Source of the DNA: an uncultured delta proteobacterium
GTDB lineage: Bacteria; Myxococcota_A; Polyangia; Polyangiales; Polyangiaceae
Assembly: GCA_963782055.1 (NCBI GenBank)
Contig: CAWAIF010000003.1
Location: 704,001-768,000, forward strand
Direction: 5' to 3'
Length of the DNA: 64,000 nt
A program made the translations under genes and the position numbers. The notes beneath the pieces were generated by a model that saw only the letters and a program-made list of their open reading frames with translations, made no database searches and was not told the DNA's origin. Positions 8,868-22,407 of the stretch are shown one piece after another (position 1 is the stretch's first letter; the number at the start of each line of letters is the position of its first letter).

Positions 8868-9726
8868 GGTCGCCCTGGTCACCTGCCGCGAGCTCGCGGA
8901 CGGTTACGAGGACGATCGCCTCGCCCTGGCGCCGCTCGCCGCGCTCGAGATCGAGACGCGCTTCGTCTCGTGGACGGACGAGATCGACTGGTCCGCGTTC
9001 GAGCTCGTCGTGCTGCGCAGCCCGTGGGACTGGTACCTCCGCGCGGGCGAGTTCGGCGCGTGGCTGGGCGCGCTGGAGCGGTCGGGCGCACGCGTGGAGA
9101 ACGCCGGCGCGGCGCGCTGGCTGGACAAGACCTTCCTGCGCGCCCTCGGCGAGCGGCTGATCCCCACCGAGTGGGTCGCCCCGGGGGACGAGCGCTCGCT
9201 GGAGTCGATCGTGCGCGCGCGCGGATGGGAGCGCGCGGTGCTCAAGCCGTCGCTCTCCGCCAACGCGCACAGGACGCTGCTCTTCGACGCCGCGGACGCG
9301 CCCGCCCACGAGGCGGCGCTGAGGGGGATCGCCGCCGGGGGCGCGGCGATGGTCCAGCCCTACTTCGAGGAGGTCACGCGCGAAGGGGAGCACTCCTTCG
9401 TCTTTCTGGGAGGCGCATTCTCTCACGCGGTGCGCAAGATCGCCGCGCCGGGGGACTTCCGCGTGCAGAGCGATCACGGAGGGAGCGTGGTCTTCGGCCC
9501 GGAGGCCCCCGCGCCGCTGGTCGCCCAGGCGGCCGAGGCGCTGAAGCTCGTCGCCGCCGCGCCGCTCTACGCCCGGGTCGACGGCGTGGTCCGCGATGGC
9601 GTGCTGCGCGTGATGGAGCTCGAGCTGGTGGAGCCGGAGCTCTTCCTGCGCGCGCACCCGGAGGCGCCGGCGCGCTTCGCGCGCGCTGTCGCCGAGCGCG
9701 TGGGCCGGCGCCGCGCCGCGAGGTAG
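8860..9726 (+). CDS. ATP-grasp ligase (RimK/glutathione-synthetase-like)
   Basis: RSPWDW, LKPSLSA, MVQPYF, DFRVQSDHGG, YARVD, MELELVEP; overlaps the upstream stop. Confidence 0.85.
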   Translation: MREVALVTCRELADGYEDDRLALAPLAALEIETRFVSWTDEIDWSAFELVVLRSPWDWYLRAGEFGAWLGALERSGARVENAGAARWLDKTFLRALGERLIPTEWVAPGDERSLESIVRARGWERAVLKPSLSANAHRTLLFDAADAPAHEAALRGIAAGGAAMVQPYFEEVTREGEHSFVFLGGAFSHAVRKIAAPGDFRVQSDHGGSVVFGPEAPAPLVAQAAEALKLVAAAPLYARVDGVVRDGVLRVMELELVEPELFLRAHPEAPARFARAVAERVGRRRAAR

Positions 9727-9754
9727 GTCCGGGCCTGCCTCCCCGGAGGTGGGG

Positions 9755-10156
9755 TCAAGAGTGCGCGGGGGCGGGCGGCGGCGCGGCGGAGCTGGCGCGC
9801 GTGAGCACCACGTTCCCTTCGCCCGGCTTGCACGGCCCGGACGAGCCGTCGTTGGTGTTGCGGTAGCAGAGGTCCAGCGTGCGGAGCGTCCGCGGGACGA
9901 AGCCGGGCTTGCTGATCCTCACCATGCACTTCGGCGCCTCGAAGGAGCTGCTGATGCCGCCGAAGCGGAACTCGCCCGACGCGCTCGCCTTGACCGTCTC
10001 CGTCCTGCCGGAGGGGCACGCGAGCGTCACCGTGGCGCCGCTCACCGTCGTGCCCGCGGTGTCGATCAGGTGGCCTTCCCCGCTCCAGACCGGATCGCAG
10101 CCGGCCAGGAGAAGGGCGAGGACGCCGAAGGTCTGGGGAAGGAGGCGCCGGTCCAT
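9755..10156 (-). CDS. Small lipoprotein with carboxypeptidase-regulatory-like (prealbumin-fold) domain
   Basis: LLLAGC lipobox; G.TVSGATVTL...SGEFRF...ISKPGF. Confidence 0.65.
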   Translation of the reverse strand: MDRRLLPQTFGVLALLLAGCDPVWSGEGHLIDTAGTTVSGATVTLACPSGRTETVKASASGEFRFGGISSSFEAPKCMVRISKPGFVPRTLRTLDLCYRNTNDGSSGPCKPGEGNVVLTRASSAAPPPAPAHS

Positions 10157-10163
10157 CCGCGTC

Positions 10164-10625
10164 TCAGTACCGGAGCGCGATCCGCGTGGTGACGATCGTC
10201 CCGCCCTTCACCGTGAACCTGGACTCTTCCCACGAAGGGCGGCTCAGCGCGTGGGTGTGGTTGTTGGAGATGCCGTAGCCCTCCGTCGGGATGCCGAGGA
10301 AGTTGGTGTCCAGCTTGCCGTTGGAGTTCTCGTCGTGGATCACCGCGGCCGCGTACGTGCCGGCGGGCATGTCGCGGAAGGTGCACGTCGTGGTGGCGCC
10401 CGCGACCGGGACGCGGCTGCGCAGCTTCGGGTCGGTGGGCCACGTGTCGGGGAAGCCCGCGCTCGTGTCGTAGAGCTGGCAGCCGAGGACACCCTTGGTG
10501 TTCCGGAAGGTCGAGACCTGCAGCACGATCGTCGCCGTGGGGGCCGCGTGCGCGGGGGCGGGGGCGAGCGTCGTCGCCAGCGTCGTGGTCGCGAGGAAGA
10601 GGAAGGAGCGGAGCGGGGCGTTCAT
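10164..10625 (-). CDS. DUF2141-family secreted protein
   Basis: PAGTYAAAVIHDENSNGKLDTNFLGIPTEGYGISNN signature. Confidence 0.85.
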   Translation of the reverse strand: MNAPLRSFLFLATTTLATTLAPAPAHAAPTATIVLQVSTFRNTKGVLGCQLYDTSAGFPDTWPTDPKLRSRVPVAGATTTCTFRDMPAGTYAAAVIHDENSNGKLDTNFLGIPTEGYGISNNHTHALSRPSWEESRFTVKGGTIVTTRIALRY

Positions 10626-10701
10626 GGGGGACCGTACGCTCCCCGACGGTAGCACGTGAACGCCCCGCCGCCCGGCGACCTCCCGTGAGAGCGGCGCGCC
10701 G

Positions 10702-11493
10702 TCAGTTGCAGACGGTGAGCCCGTTCTTCGGCGGCGCGGTGTCGTCGCACACCAGGATGGCGTCGGGGAAGACGGCGATGGTCGCGACAGCGCCCGCCTT
10801 CGCGGTGAAGAGACGCGAGAGCGGGGTGCTGTTGATCACCGCGGAGAGCGTCCCGCTCGCGGGGTCCACCGTCACCGGGGTGAAGCCGATGGTCGTCGCG
10901 TCGAACTTGATGTTCGCGCCGAACTGTCCGGTCAAGAAGGCGGTGAAGGTCTGCTTCCCGGCCGTCGCGGCGGGGGAGTCGGCGGGGGACGCGGCGGTGG
11001 GGTTGCCGCTGTTCACCCAGATGAAGATGCGGCCGGTGTTGAAGAGGCCCGTCAGGTCGCCGCCGAGGCCCTGGGTGCAGTCGCCCACGTCGGCGTCGAT
11101 CGCGCGCAGCGTCGCCTTGCCGGGGAGCGCCGGGAGGGAGAAGTACTGGCTGATGTTGCGCGGCGGCACGGGCGGCAGCCCCAGCGACGCGAGCACCGGC
11201 TGGCCGAAGGAGCTGTCGGTCGCCAGCTTCCGGCAGAGGTCCAGGTGCATCGGCGCCTTGTTGCTGTAGTTGGCGATGCGGAGCTGCAGCGGCCGCGCGT
11301 CCCCCGCGTCGCCTCCGGCGTCCTGCGGCGTCGCGGCATCGCCCCCGGCGTCGGCGTCGGCGCCGGTGTCGGCGGGCGCGTCGGCTCCGGCTTCGGGGAT
11401 GACCTCCACGTCGGGCGAGGCATCCGCCGGTCCGTCCGTCGACGAGCCACACGCGACCGCACTCATCACGAGGATCAGGCCCCAGCTCCGCAT
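10702..11493 (-). CDS. Hypothetical lipoprotein
   Basis: SAVAC lipobox, DAG-rich linker, LRIANYS...LDLC beta domain. Confidence 0.7.
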   Translation of the reverse strand: MRSWGLILVMSAVACGSSTDGPADASPDVEVIPEAGADAPADTGADADAGGDAATPQDAGGDAGDARPLQLRIANYSNKAPMHLDLCRKLATDSSFGQPVLASLGLPPVPPRNISQYFSLPALPGKATLRAIDADVGDCTQGLGGDLTGLFNTGRIFIWVNSGNPTAASPADSPAATAGKQTFTAFLTGQFGANIKFDATTIGFTPVTVDPASGTLSAVINSTPLSRLFTAKAGAVATIAVFPDAILVCDDTAPPKNGLTVCN

Positions 11494-11614
11494 GCGATGA
11501 CCGATATCACGCCGGGCGCGGCCGGCAGGCGCGCGCGTGAGCTCCTGGGGCTTTCCCCAGCTCGCTCCCGGCGAGCCCCCGCTCTTGGCGTCGCCTGGGG
11601 CGCGTCGCGGCCTG

Positions 11615-12781
11615 TCAGTGCGCGTTGAGGTAGGTCTTGACGACCTTCCCCCAGGCCGACGCGGTGATCCCCGAGGCGTGCGTCACCGTGGCGAGGTCCG
11701 GTGCGCAGTCGTTGTAGGTGTCCAGGTCCCACGCCAGGTTGGGGATCTGCTTGGCCTCCACGTCGGCGTAGAAGGCGGTCGCGAAGGAGGTGTCCGACCC
11801 GCTCGGCCCGTACTCCCCGATGATGACGGGGATGTGCGTCTGGGTGTAGCCGGCCTTCTTTGGTGGGTACGAGTGGTACTCGTAGACGACATCGTCGTAG
11901 GGGAGGGGCGCCGAGTCGTAGAAGCCGATGGTGCTCGTCCAGTCGTTGCCCTGCACCGAGACCAGGTGGTGCGGCACGCCGAGCTTGTCCTCCTCCGCGC
12001 GGATGACGCCCACCGCGTGGCTCATCGCGTCGGAGAGCTGCTTGTTGGAGGCGGCGTTGCCGCCCGGCTCGTTGGAGACGCCGAAGAGGACGTAGGCCTT
12101 GTCCTTGAAGGTGTCGACGATGGCCCGGTAGACGTCGTCGGTCGAGGCCGTCGGGATGCACACCGCGTCGTCCCCGCCGTTGGCGCACTTCTGCCCAGAC
12201 CCGTTGACCATGCTCGCCTCGCTGCGCAGCGTGACGAGCACGTAGGTGTTCGGGTACGCGCCGGCGGCGTTGATGATGTTCGTCATGTGCGTGCGGTACT
12301 GCGAGGTGTCGTTCTTCCAGCTGATGTTGAACGGCGCGAAGCTGTTCATCGACAGCGAGATGCGCAGAAACGTCGGCTTCCAGTCGGTCATCAGCGTGGT
12401 GAGCATCCCCATGTCCGCCTGCTCGGCGTCGGGGTTGCTCATCCAGAAGCCGGTGTTGTAGCCGCAGAGCAGGATGTCATCCATGTTCACACCGCGGCCC
12501 ATCCACACCTTCCCGGAGGAGCCGTTCGAGACGTAGATCTTGCTGTCGTCGGGGAGGGTGTAGAGCCAGCCGGCGGGAGGCAGCCCGCCGTCGGGGGAGG
12601 AGGCGTCGCCTGGCGTCGCGCCGTCCGGTGTCCCGCCGTCCGGCGTCGTCGCGTCGGGGCCACCGGCGTCCTGGGCCGAGGCCGCGTCGGAGCCGCCGTC
12701 GGCCGTGGAGCTGTCGTCCCCGCCGCACGCCAGGGCAGGGGCGAGGAGGAGGAAGGCGAGAAGTACGAGGGCAGCGCGCAT
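11615..12781 (-). CDS. Glycoside hydrolase family 5-like lipoprotein
   Basis: MGRGVN, FLRISL, SNEP acid/base, EYHSY, IIGEYG nucleophile, AW; ALAC lipobox. Confidence 0.8.
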   Translation of the reverse strand: MRAALVLLAFLLLAPALACGGDDSSTADGGSDAASAQDAGGPDATTPDGGTPDGATPGDASSPDGGLPPAGWLYTLPDDSKIYVSNGSSGKVWMGRGVNMDDILLCGYNTGFWMSNPDAEQADMGMLTTLMTDWKPTFLRISLSMNSFAPFNISWKNDTSQYRTHMTNIINAAGAYPNTYVLVTLRSEASMVNGSGQKCANGGDDAVCIPTASTDDVYRAIVDTFKDKAYVLFGVSNEPGGNAASNKQLSDAMSHAVGVIRAEEDKLGVPHHLVSVQGNDWTSTIGFYDSAPLPYDDVVYEYHSYPPKKAGYTQTHIPVIIGEYGPSGSDTSFATAFYADVEAKQIPNLAWDLDTYNDCAPDLATVTHASGITASAWGKVVKTYLNAH

Positions 12782-12877
12782 GGTGCGTCAAGCGTACTCC
12801 GGACCCACCGGGTATCCCAGCCGCGGCGTTGTGGCCCGCCCTTCGGCTTCGGCCCTGGAAGTAGTAGGCTCGGGGGG

Positions 12878-16729
<3,852 letters not shown>

Positions 16730-16910
16730 GGGGGGCCTCCTCGCGGCCGTGCTCCGGCTCATGCTCGCGTGCCCGGCCGCGACGGGACTGCGCGATGGAC
16801 ACGACGCTGGCGGGCGCGCCCGCGCCGCGGAGAGGAGCGGCCCGGCGGGCCCCGTTTCCGTCGCAGGGGAATCATGGTTCCATCGTGGCGCGCGCGCTGC
16901 GCGCGGCTCC

Positions 16911-17456
16911 ATGCGAAGTCCACCCGATGCCGTCCCCAGAGCGGAGGATGCCACCTTCGGCACGGTGTACGGCGTGCTGCGGGGGCTCGCGAGCCGGCAG
17001 CTCCGGCGACGCGGCGGCCAGACGCTGAACACCACTGCCCTCGTGCACGAGGCGTGGATCAAGCTCTCCGCAGGCGGGCGCGAGTTCGAGAATCGCGGGC
17101 ACTTCCTCGCCGTGGCCGCCACGGCGATGCGGCAGATCCTCGTGGACCACGCCCGGCGCAAGCGCGCGGCCAAGCGCGGGGGTGCGGCGCGCGTCACGTC
17201 GTCCGGTCTGTCCGACGCCGGCGTCGTGTCCAACATGGAGGAGCTCCTCGCGGTGGACGCGGCGCTCGAGAAGCTGGAGGCGCGCGACGCGCGGCTCGCG
17301 CGCGTGGTCGAGTGGCGCTTCTTCGCCGGCCTCGAGGAGGCGGAGATCGCCGCCGCGCTCGACGTGGACGTCCGCACGGTGCGGCGCGACTGGCGCAAGG
17401 CGCGCGCCTTCATCCTCGCCGAGCTGGGTGGGCCGGGCCATGACGACGAAGCGTGA
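16911..17456 (+). CDS. ECF-type sigma factor of the kinase-associated (TIGR02999-like) type
   Basis: TLNTTALVHEAWIKL, AMRQILVDHARRKRAAKRGG, RFFAGL..EIA....RTVRRDWRKARA; start codon uncertain. Confidence 0.9.
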   Translation: MRSPPDAVPRAEDATFGTVYGVLRGLASRQLRRRGGQTLNTTALVHEAWIKLSAGGREFENRGHFLAVAATAMRQILVDHARRKRAAKRGGAARVTSSGLSDAGVVSNMEELLAVDAALEKLEARDARLARVVEWRFFAGLEEAEIAAALDVDVRTVRRDWRKARAFILAELGGPGHDDEA

Positions 17457-19932
17457 GCGCTTCCGCGCGGTCATGGACCTGGTGGACCGCGCGCTGGATC
17501 TGCCCCCCGCCGAGCGAAAGGCGCTGCTCGATGGGGCGCGCGAGAGCCCGGAGATCCGCGCCGAAGCCGAACGCCTCCTGGAGGCGGACGAGCGCGCGGG
17601 CGACTTCCTGGCGGAGCCGGCGGCCGGGCATCTGGAGTCGGCGCTCTCCGCGACGGCGTCCGCCACCAGCCCTGGCGCGGCGGCGGGCGACATGGTCGGC
17701 GCCTTCGAGCTCGTGGCGCTCATCGGCAAGGGCGGCATGGGCGAGGTGTGGGAAGCCGAGCGCGCCGGCGCCGACTTCGATCAGCGGGTGGCGGTCAAGC
17801 TCCTGCCTCCCGCCGTGGACGAGCGATCGGTCGCGCGCTTTCGCCGGGAGCGACGCATCCTGGCGCGCCTCGCCCACCCGCGCATCGCGCGCCTGCTCGA
17901 CGGCGGCATCACGCCGGAGGGGCGCCCGTGGATCGCGATGGAGCGCGTCGAGGGTACGAGCCTGACCGAGCACTGCGCCTCGCGCGAGCTGGACGTCGAC
18001 GCGCGCCTCCGCCTCTTCGCCGAGGTCTGTGACGGCGTGCAGTTCGCGCACCGGAGCCTGATCGTCCACCGCGATCTCAAGCCGAGCAACGTGCTCGTCA
18101 CGCCGGAGGGCGAGCCCAAGCTGCTCGATTTCGGCATCGCGAAGCTCCTCTTCGACGAGGAGGAGGACGAGGGAACGCTCACGCGCCCGGACGAGCGCCC
18201 CATGACGCTGGACTACGCGGCGCCGGAGCAGATCCGCGGCGAGCCCGTGACGACCGCGAGCGACGTGTGGTCGCTCGGCGTCATCCTGCACGAGCTGCTC
18301 ACCGGCGTTCGGCCGTACCGCACGACCGGCAAGAACCGGGCGGAGACCGAGCGCGCCATCCTGGCGGCCGCGCCGTCTCGTCCCAGCACCCACGTGGACG
18401 ACGCCGACGTCCCGGACCGACCGAAGGAGGCCTCCGCGCGCGCGCTGCGTCGGCGCCTGCGCGGCGATCTGGACGCCATCGTCCTCAAGGCGATGCGCCC
18501 CGACCCGAAGGACCGCTACGCCTCCGCCGAGGCCCTCGGCGCCGACGTGCGGCGCCACCTGGAGCGCGCGCCGGTCCTCGCACGCGGCGACGCGACGGGT
18601 TACCTCGTGCGCGCGATGGTCCGGCGGCACCGCGTCGCCTTCGGCGTCTCGGCGCTGATGCTCGCCTCGCTCCTCGCCGGGCTGGGCGGCACGCTCTGGC
18701 AGGCACACGAGGCGCGCGAGCAGGCCCGTCGGGCCGAGCAGGCGCAGGCGTTCCTGGTGAGCATGCTGCGCGCGTTCGACCCGGAGGACGCCGACGGAGA
18801 GGCCGTCACCCAGCGCGACATCCTGGCGCGCGGCGAGACGCGGCTCGGCGAGCTGGACGATCAGCCGGAGGTGCAGGCGCGCCTGCTCGAGGCCTTCGCC
18901 GAGACCTGGTACAGCATCGGCGAGTACGATCGCGCGACGTCCGCCGGCGAGCGCGCGCTCGCCCTGGAACGCCGGACACGCGGGCCGCGGAGCATCGAGG
19001 TCGCCACGACGCTGATCCTGCTCGGCGAGGTGCACTTCGAGAAGGGAGAGCTGGACGAGTCCGACCGCCTCCTCACCGACGGGCTCGCCATCGCCCGCGA
19101 GGTGGAGGGGCCTCGAGGGCTCACCGTCGCGCGCGCGCTCAACGATCGCGCCGGCGTCATGCGGCGGCGCGTCGAGTTCGCGCAGGCGGAGACGCTGCGC
19201 CGGCAAGCGCTCGACATCTACGAGACGCGCGCGGGCGAGAAGGACGCGCGCACGCTGGGCGTGATGAACGATCTGGCCGTGCTCCTGGGCGACGAGGGCC
19301 GCTTCGCCGAGAGCGCCACGCTGCAGGCGCGCACGTGCGACCTCATGACCACGGTGCGTGGCGACGCGAACCCCGACACGCTCGTCTGTCGCTGCAACCT
19401 GGCGCGCGACTACATCGAGCAGGGGCGCGCCGCTGACGCCGATACGCTGCTCGGCCAGGTGTACGAAGAGCAGGCCCACGTGCTGGGAAAGGACTGGGTC
19501 GACATCCCCAACACGGAGGTCCTGCGCGCCCGCGCCGTCGATGCCCTCGGCCGGTCGGAGGACGCGCTCTCCCTCTTCCAGGACGCCATCGCGCGGACGA
19601 CGAGGGCGCTCGGGGCGGAGAGTCCGACCCTCGCGAGCATCCAGGCGTACGAGTCGGTCACGCTCACTCACCTCGGTCGGTTCGACGAGGCCGAGGACAC
19701 GGCGCGCCGTTCCCTCGCGTCCTGCCGCGCGCACTACGGCGAAGAGCACGCGTACACCGCCCGCGCGCACTACGCCCTCGGCTGCGCGCTGCTCGGGGAG
19801 GGCCACCGGGGGCAGGCCGAGCTGGAGCTCCGGAGCGCCCTCGGCACGCAGGAGAAGATGCTCGGGCGGGATCACGCCGACACGGCTCGCACCCGAGCGG
19901 CGCTCGCCCGCGCCACCGGCCCCGAAAAATAG
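17440..19932 (+). CDS. Ser/Thr protein kinase with TM segment and C-terminal TPR repeats
   Basis: IGKGGMGEV, VAVK, HRDLKPSN, LLDFGIAK, YAAPEQ, LRGDLDAIVLKA; hydrophobic helix followed by TPR-like repeats; overlaps the ECF gene. Confidence 0.95.
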   Translation: MTTKRERFRAVMDLVDRALDLPPAERKALLDGARESPEIRAEAERLLEADERAGDFLAEPAAGHLESALSATASATSPGAAAGDMVGAFELVALIGKGGMGEVWEAERAGADFDQRVAVKLLPPAVDERSVARFRRERRILARLAHPRIARLLDGGITPEGRPWIAMERVEGTSLTEHCASRELDVDARLRLFAEVCDGVQFAHRSLIVHRDLKPSNVLVTPEGEPKLLDFGIAKLLFDEEEDEGTLTRPDERPMTLDYAAPEQIRGEPVTTASDVWSLGVILHELLTGVRPYRTTGKNRAETERAILAAAPSRPSTHVDDADVPDRPKEASARALRRRLRGDLDAIVLKAMRPDPKDRYASAEALGADVRRHLERAPVLARGDATGYLVRAMVRRHRVAFGVSALMLASLLAGLGGTLWQAHEAREQARRAEQAQAFLVSMLRAFDPEDADGEAVTQRDILARGETRLGELDDQPEVQARLLEAFAETWYSIGEYDRATSAGERALALERRTRGPRSIEVATTLILLGEVHFEKGELDESDRLLTDGLAIAREVEGPRGLTVARALNDRAGVMRRRVEFAQAETLRRQALDIYETRAGEKDARTLGVMNDLAVLLGDEGRFAESATLQARTCDLMTTVRGDANPDTLVCRCNLARDYIEQGRAADADTLLGQVYEEQAHVLGKDWVDIPNTEVLRARAVDALGRSEDALSLFQDAIARTTRALGAESPTLASIQAYESVTLTHLGRFDEAEDTARRSLASCRAHYGEEHAYTARAHYALGCALLGEGHRGQAELELRSALGTQEKMLGRDHADTARTRAALARATGPEK

Positions 19933-20028
19933 TCTTCGCGGCGTGTCCTGTCCCGCTCCGCTCCTGCGTGACCCCCAATACGGAGTCGCTCATCCCGGCG
20001 ACTCCCGGAACCCGACCAGGAGCCCACG

Positions 20029-21202
20029 ATGCGTCCTCTCGTTCTTTGCAGCCTCCCCTTCGTGCTGTTCGTCGTCGCGTGCAGCGCCGGCGACTGCGCC
20101 CCCGGTGGCGTGACCCCGGACGCCGGCGGGACCGACGCCGCCAAGACGAGCGTGCTCGGCTTCACGCCCTCCAACGTGGACGTCTCCACGCTGGACTTCT
20201 CCGACGTCGGGGATCTGGTCGTCTCCTCCGACAAGACGTGGGAGACCGATCTGGGCGGCACGCTCGGCAGCGACAACGCCGGCAAGTATCACTACGAGGA
20301 GATCGCGCAATCGAACGGCCTCAAGCTCGGAGTCTTCACCGTCAAGTCGCTCACCATCCAGTCGGGGGTGACGGTCGGCGTCGCCGGCGCCGACGCGCTG
20401 GTGATCGTGGCGCTGGACAAGCTGGACATCGAGGGCAAGCTCCACGGCAACTCGCAGTTCGGCCCGGCGCGCCTTGGTCCAGGGGCGATGGAGGACGGCA
20501 GCAAGCCCGACGTGGTCGGCCTCGGCCCGGGCGGCGGCGGCGCGGGCACGGGCGACTCGTCCGGCGGCGGCGCCGGCTTCTGCGGTACCGGCGGCGCGGG
20601 CGCGGCCCTCGTCGGCGCGCCGGCCGCGGGCGGGCCGAGCTACGGAACGGCGGAGCTCTCGCCCCTCGTCGCCGGATTCGAGCGGTGGCAACGGCTTCGG
20701 CAGCAACGGCCCCGGCGGCGGCGCCGTCCAGCTCGTCGCCGCGCACTCCATCACGGTGGCCGGTGAGATCCACGTCGGCGGCGAGGGCGGGGCCAACGGC
20801 GGCGTCTACAATCCACCCAACTCGCAGGAGTCGGGCGGCGGCGGGAGCGGCGGCGCGCTCTTGCTCGAGTCCGCCGCGGTCACCGTCGGCGGAACACTCG
20901 CGGCCAACGGCGGGGGCGGCGGTCAGGGCGACGGCATCCGCGGCGCCGACGCGACCGCCGACGCGACGCCGGCACCCGGCGGCGACGACGGCCAGCACGG
21001 CTCGGTCGGCGGCGCGGGCGGCGCGGCGAGCGACGTCGACGGCAAGCCGGGAGCGGTCTCCGCGGCGAGCAGCGCCGGAGGCGGTGGCGGCGCGGCCGGG
21101 CGCATCCGCATCAACACGCTCTCCGGGCAGGCGACGGTCACCGGAACCATCTCGCCGTCCACGTCCACTCCGTGCGCGACCCAGGGCGTCGTCGCGCCCT
21201 GA
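20029..21202 (+). pseudogene. Gly-rich secreted lipoprotein split by a +1 frameshift (or sequencing error)
   Basis: VVAC lipobox and AGGAG RBS; frame 1 reads ..SPLVAG then turns to nonsense, while frame 2 continues SSGGNGFG..GGGSGGALLLE..GRIRIN; removing one T at 20677-20678 joins them. Confidence 0.8.
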
Positions 21203-21248
21203 CGGTCGCGGGGCGCGGGGTGCCACGCCTTGTGACCACTGCGCGCGC

Positions 21249-21932
21249 GTGACACAGTCGCCGGGGACGTCATTGAACCAGGCCATCGCCTTCCACTTCG
21301 ATTTCATCTCGCCCTATGCGTACCTCGCGTGGACGCAGATCCACGCGCTCGCCGCGCGCGCAGGCCGCGAGGTCACGCCGGTGCCCACGCTGCTCGCGCC
21401 GCTGCTCGCGCACGGCGGCACCCGGGGGCCGGCGGAGATCCCCGCAAAGCGCGTCTACACCTTCGTCGACGTGATGCGCAGCGCGCACGTCCTCGGCGTG
21501 CCGATGGCGCCGCCGCCGTCGCACCCCTTCAACCCGCTCCTGGCGCTGCGCGTCGCCTCGCTGGAGATGCCGCCGGCCGGCCGGCGCCGCCTCGTCGACG
21601 CGCTCTTCGCGGCGGTGTGGGCCACGCGGCAGGGCGTCGAGACACCGGAGAAGGTCGCCGCCGCGGCGATCGGCGCGGGGTTCGACGGCGCGGACCTCGT
21701 CCGTCGCGCGGGCGACCAGCCGGCGAAGGACGGCCTCCGCAAGCAGACCGACGACGCGATCGCCTCGGGCATCTTCGGCGTGCCCACGATGATGGTGGAC
21801 GGGCACATGTTCTGGGGTCTGGACTCCTTCGGCCACCTGGAGCGGCAGCTCCGCGGCGGGGGCATCGACGTCCGCGCCAGGATGCGCGAGTGGGGCGGCG
21901 TCACGCCGAGCGCGCAGCGCAAGCCGGGGTAG
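21249..21932 (+). CDS. DsbA-family 2-hydroxychromene-2-carboxylate isomerase / kappa-GST-like protein
   Basis: FHFDFISPYAYLA, HPFNPLLALR, GIFGVPTMMV..FWGLD; start could be the TTG at 21273. Confidence 0.85.
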   Translation: MTQSPGTSLNQAIAFHFDFISPYAYLAWTQIHALAARAGREVTPVPTLLAPLLAHGGTRGPAEIPAKRVYTFVDVMRSAHVLGVPMAPPPSHPFNPLLALRVASLEMPPAGRRRLVDALFAAVWATRQGVETPEKVAAAAIGAGFDGADLVRRAGDQPAKDGLRKQTDDAIASGIFGVPTMMVDGHMFWGLDSFGHLERQLRGGGIDVRARMREWGGVTPSAQRKPG

Positions 21933-21940
21933 CCGCCACC

Positions 21941-22393
21941 GTGAAGCCCGTCCCCCTCCTCTGCACCGTCGCCCTCCTCGGGTGCGCCGCGCGCGAGCCG
22001 GCGCCGCCGCCCGAGGTGGAGGTCGCGCTCCCCCAGCTCCCCGCCTCGGTGGCGTCCGCCCATCCGCCGGAGCCGCCGCCCGCGCCCCCGCCGCGCGCGT
22101 CGTACGAGGACGCGCTCGCCGATGCGGCGCCTTCGGACGACGACGCCGGTCCGGAGCTCACCAACGGGCAGCTCCTTCAGCCGATGAGGAGCCCGACCTT
22201 CCTCACGCGCTGCGGCGTGCCCGAGGCCACGCACGTCACCGTCAAGATGGCCATCCGCGGCGGCGGCCCTGTCGGCGTCACCGTCCTGATGTCCCCCGAG
22301 GATCCTGCGCTCCTCGGGTGCGTGGAGGACGCCCTCTGGGCGCTCACGTGGCCGCCCTCGCCGCGGCTCGACTCCTTCGTGACGACGTACTGA
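21941..22393 (+). CDS. Small Pro-rich hypothetical lipoprotein (TonB-C-like C-terminus possible)
   Basis: LLGC lipobox, Pro linker, two-Cys C-terminal domain ending ..WP.. Confidence 0.6.
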   Translation: MKPVPLLCTVALLGCAAREPAPPPEVEVALPQLPASVASAHPPEPPPAPPPRASYEDALADAAPSDDDAGPELTNGQLLQPMRSPTFLTRCGVPEATHVTVKMAIRGGGPVGVTVLMSPEDPALLGCVEDALWALTWPPSPRLDSFVTTY

Positions 22394-22407
22394 TGCTACA
22401 ATCCGGC

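Noticed and set aside
11537..12877. Apparent 450-aa N-terminal extension of XDH in the ORF track
   Set aside because: It is antisense to the GH5 gene; the real start is the ATG at 12878 after a TAGGCT hexamer
16886..16900. GG-N10-GC motif upstream of the ECF gene
   Set aside because: Almost all G/C (TGGCGCGCGCGCTGC), so likely to arise by chance at this GC content
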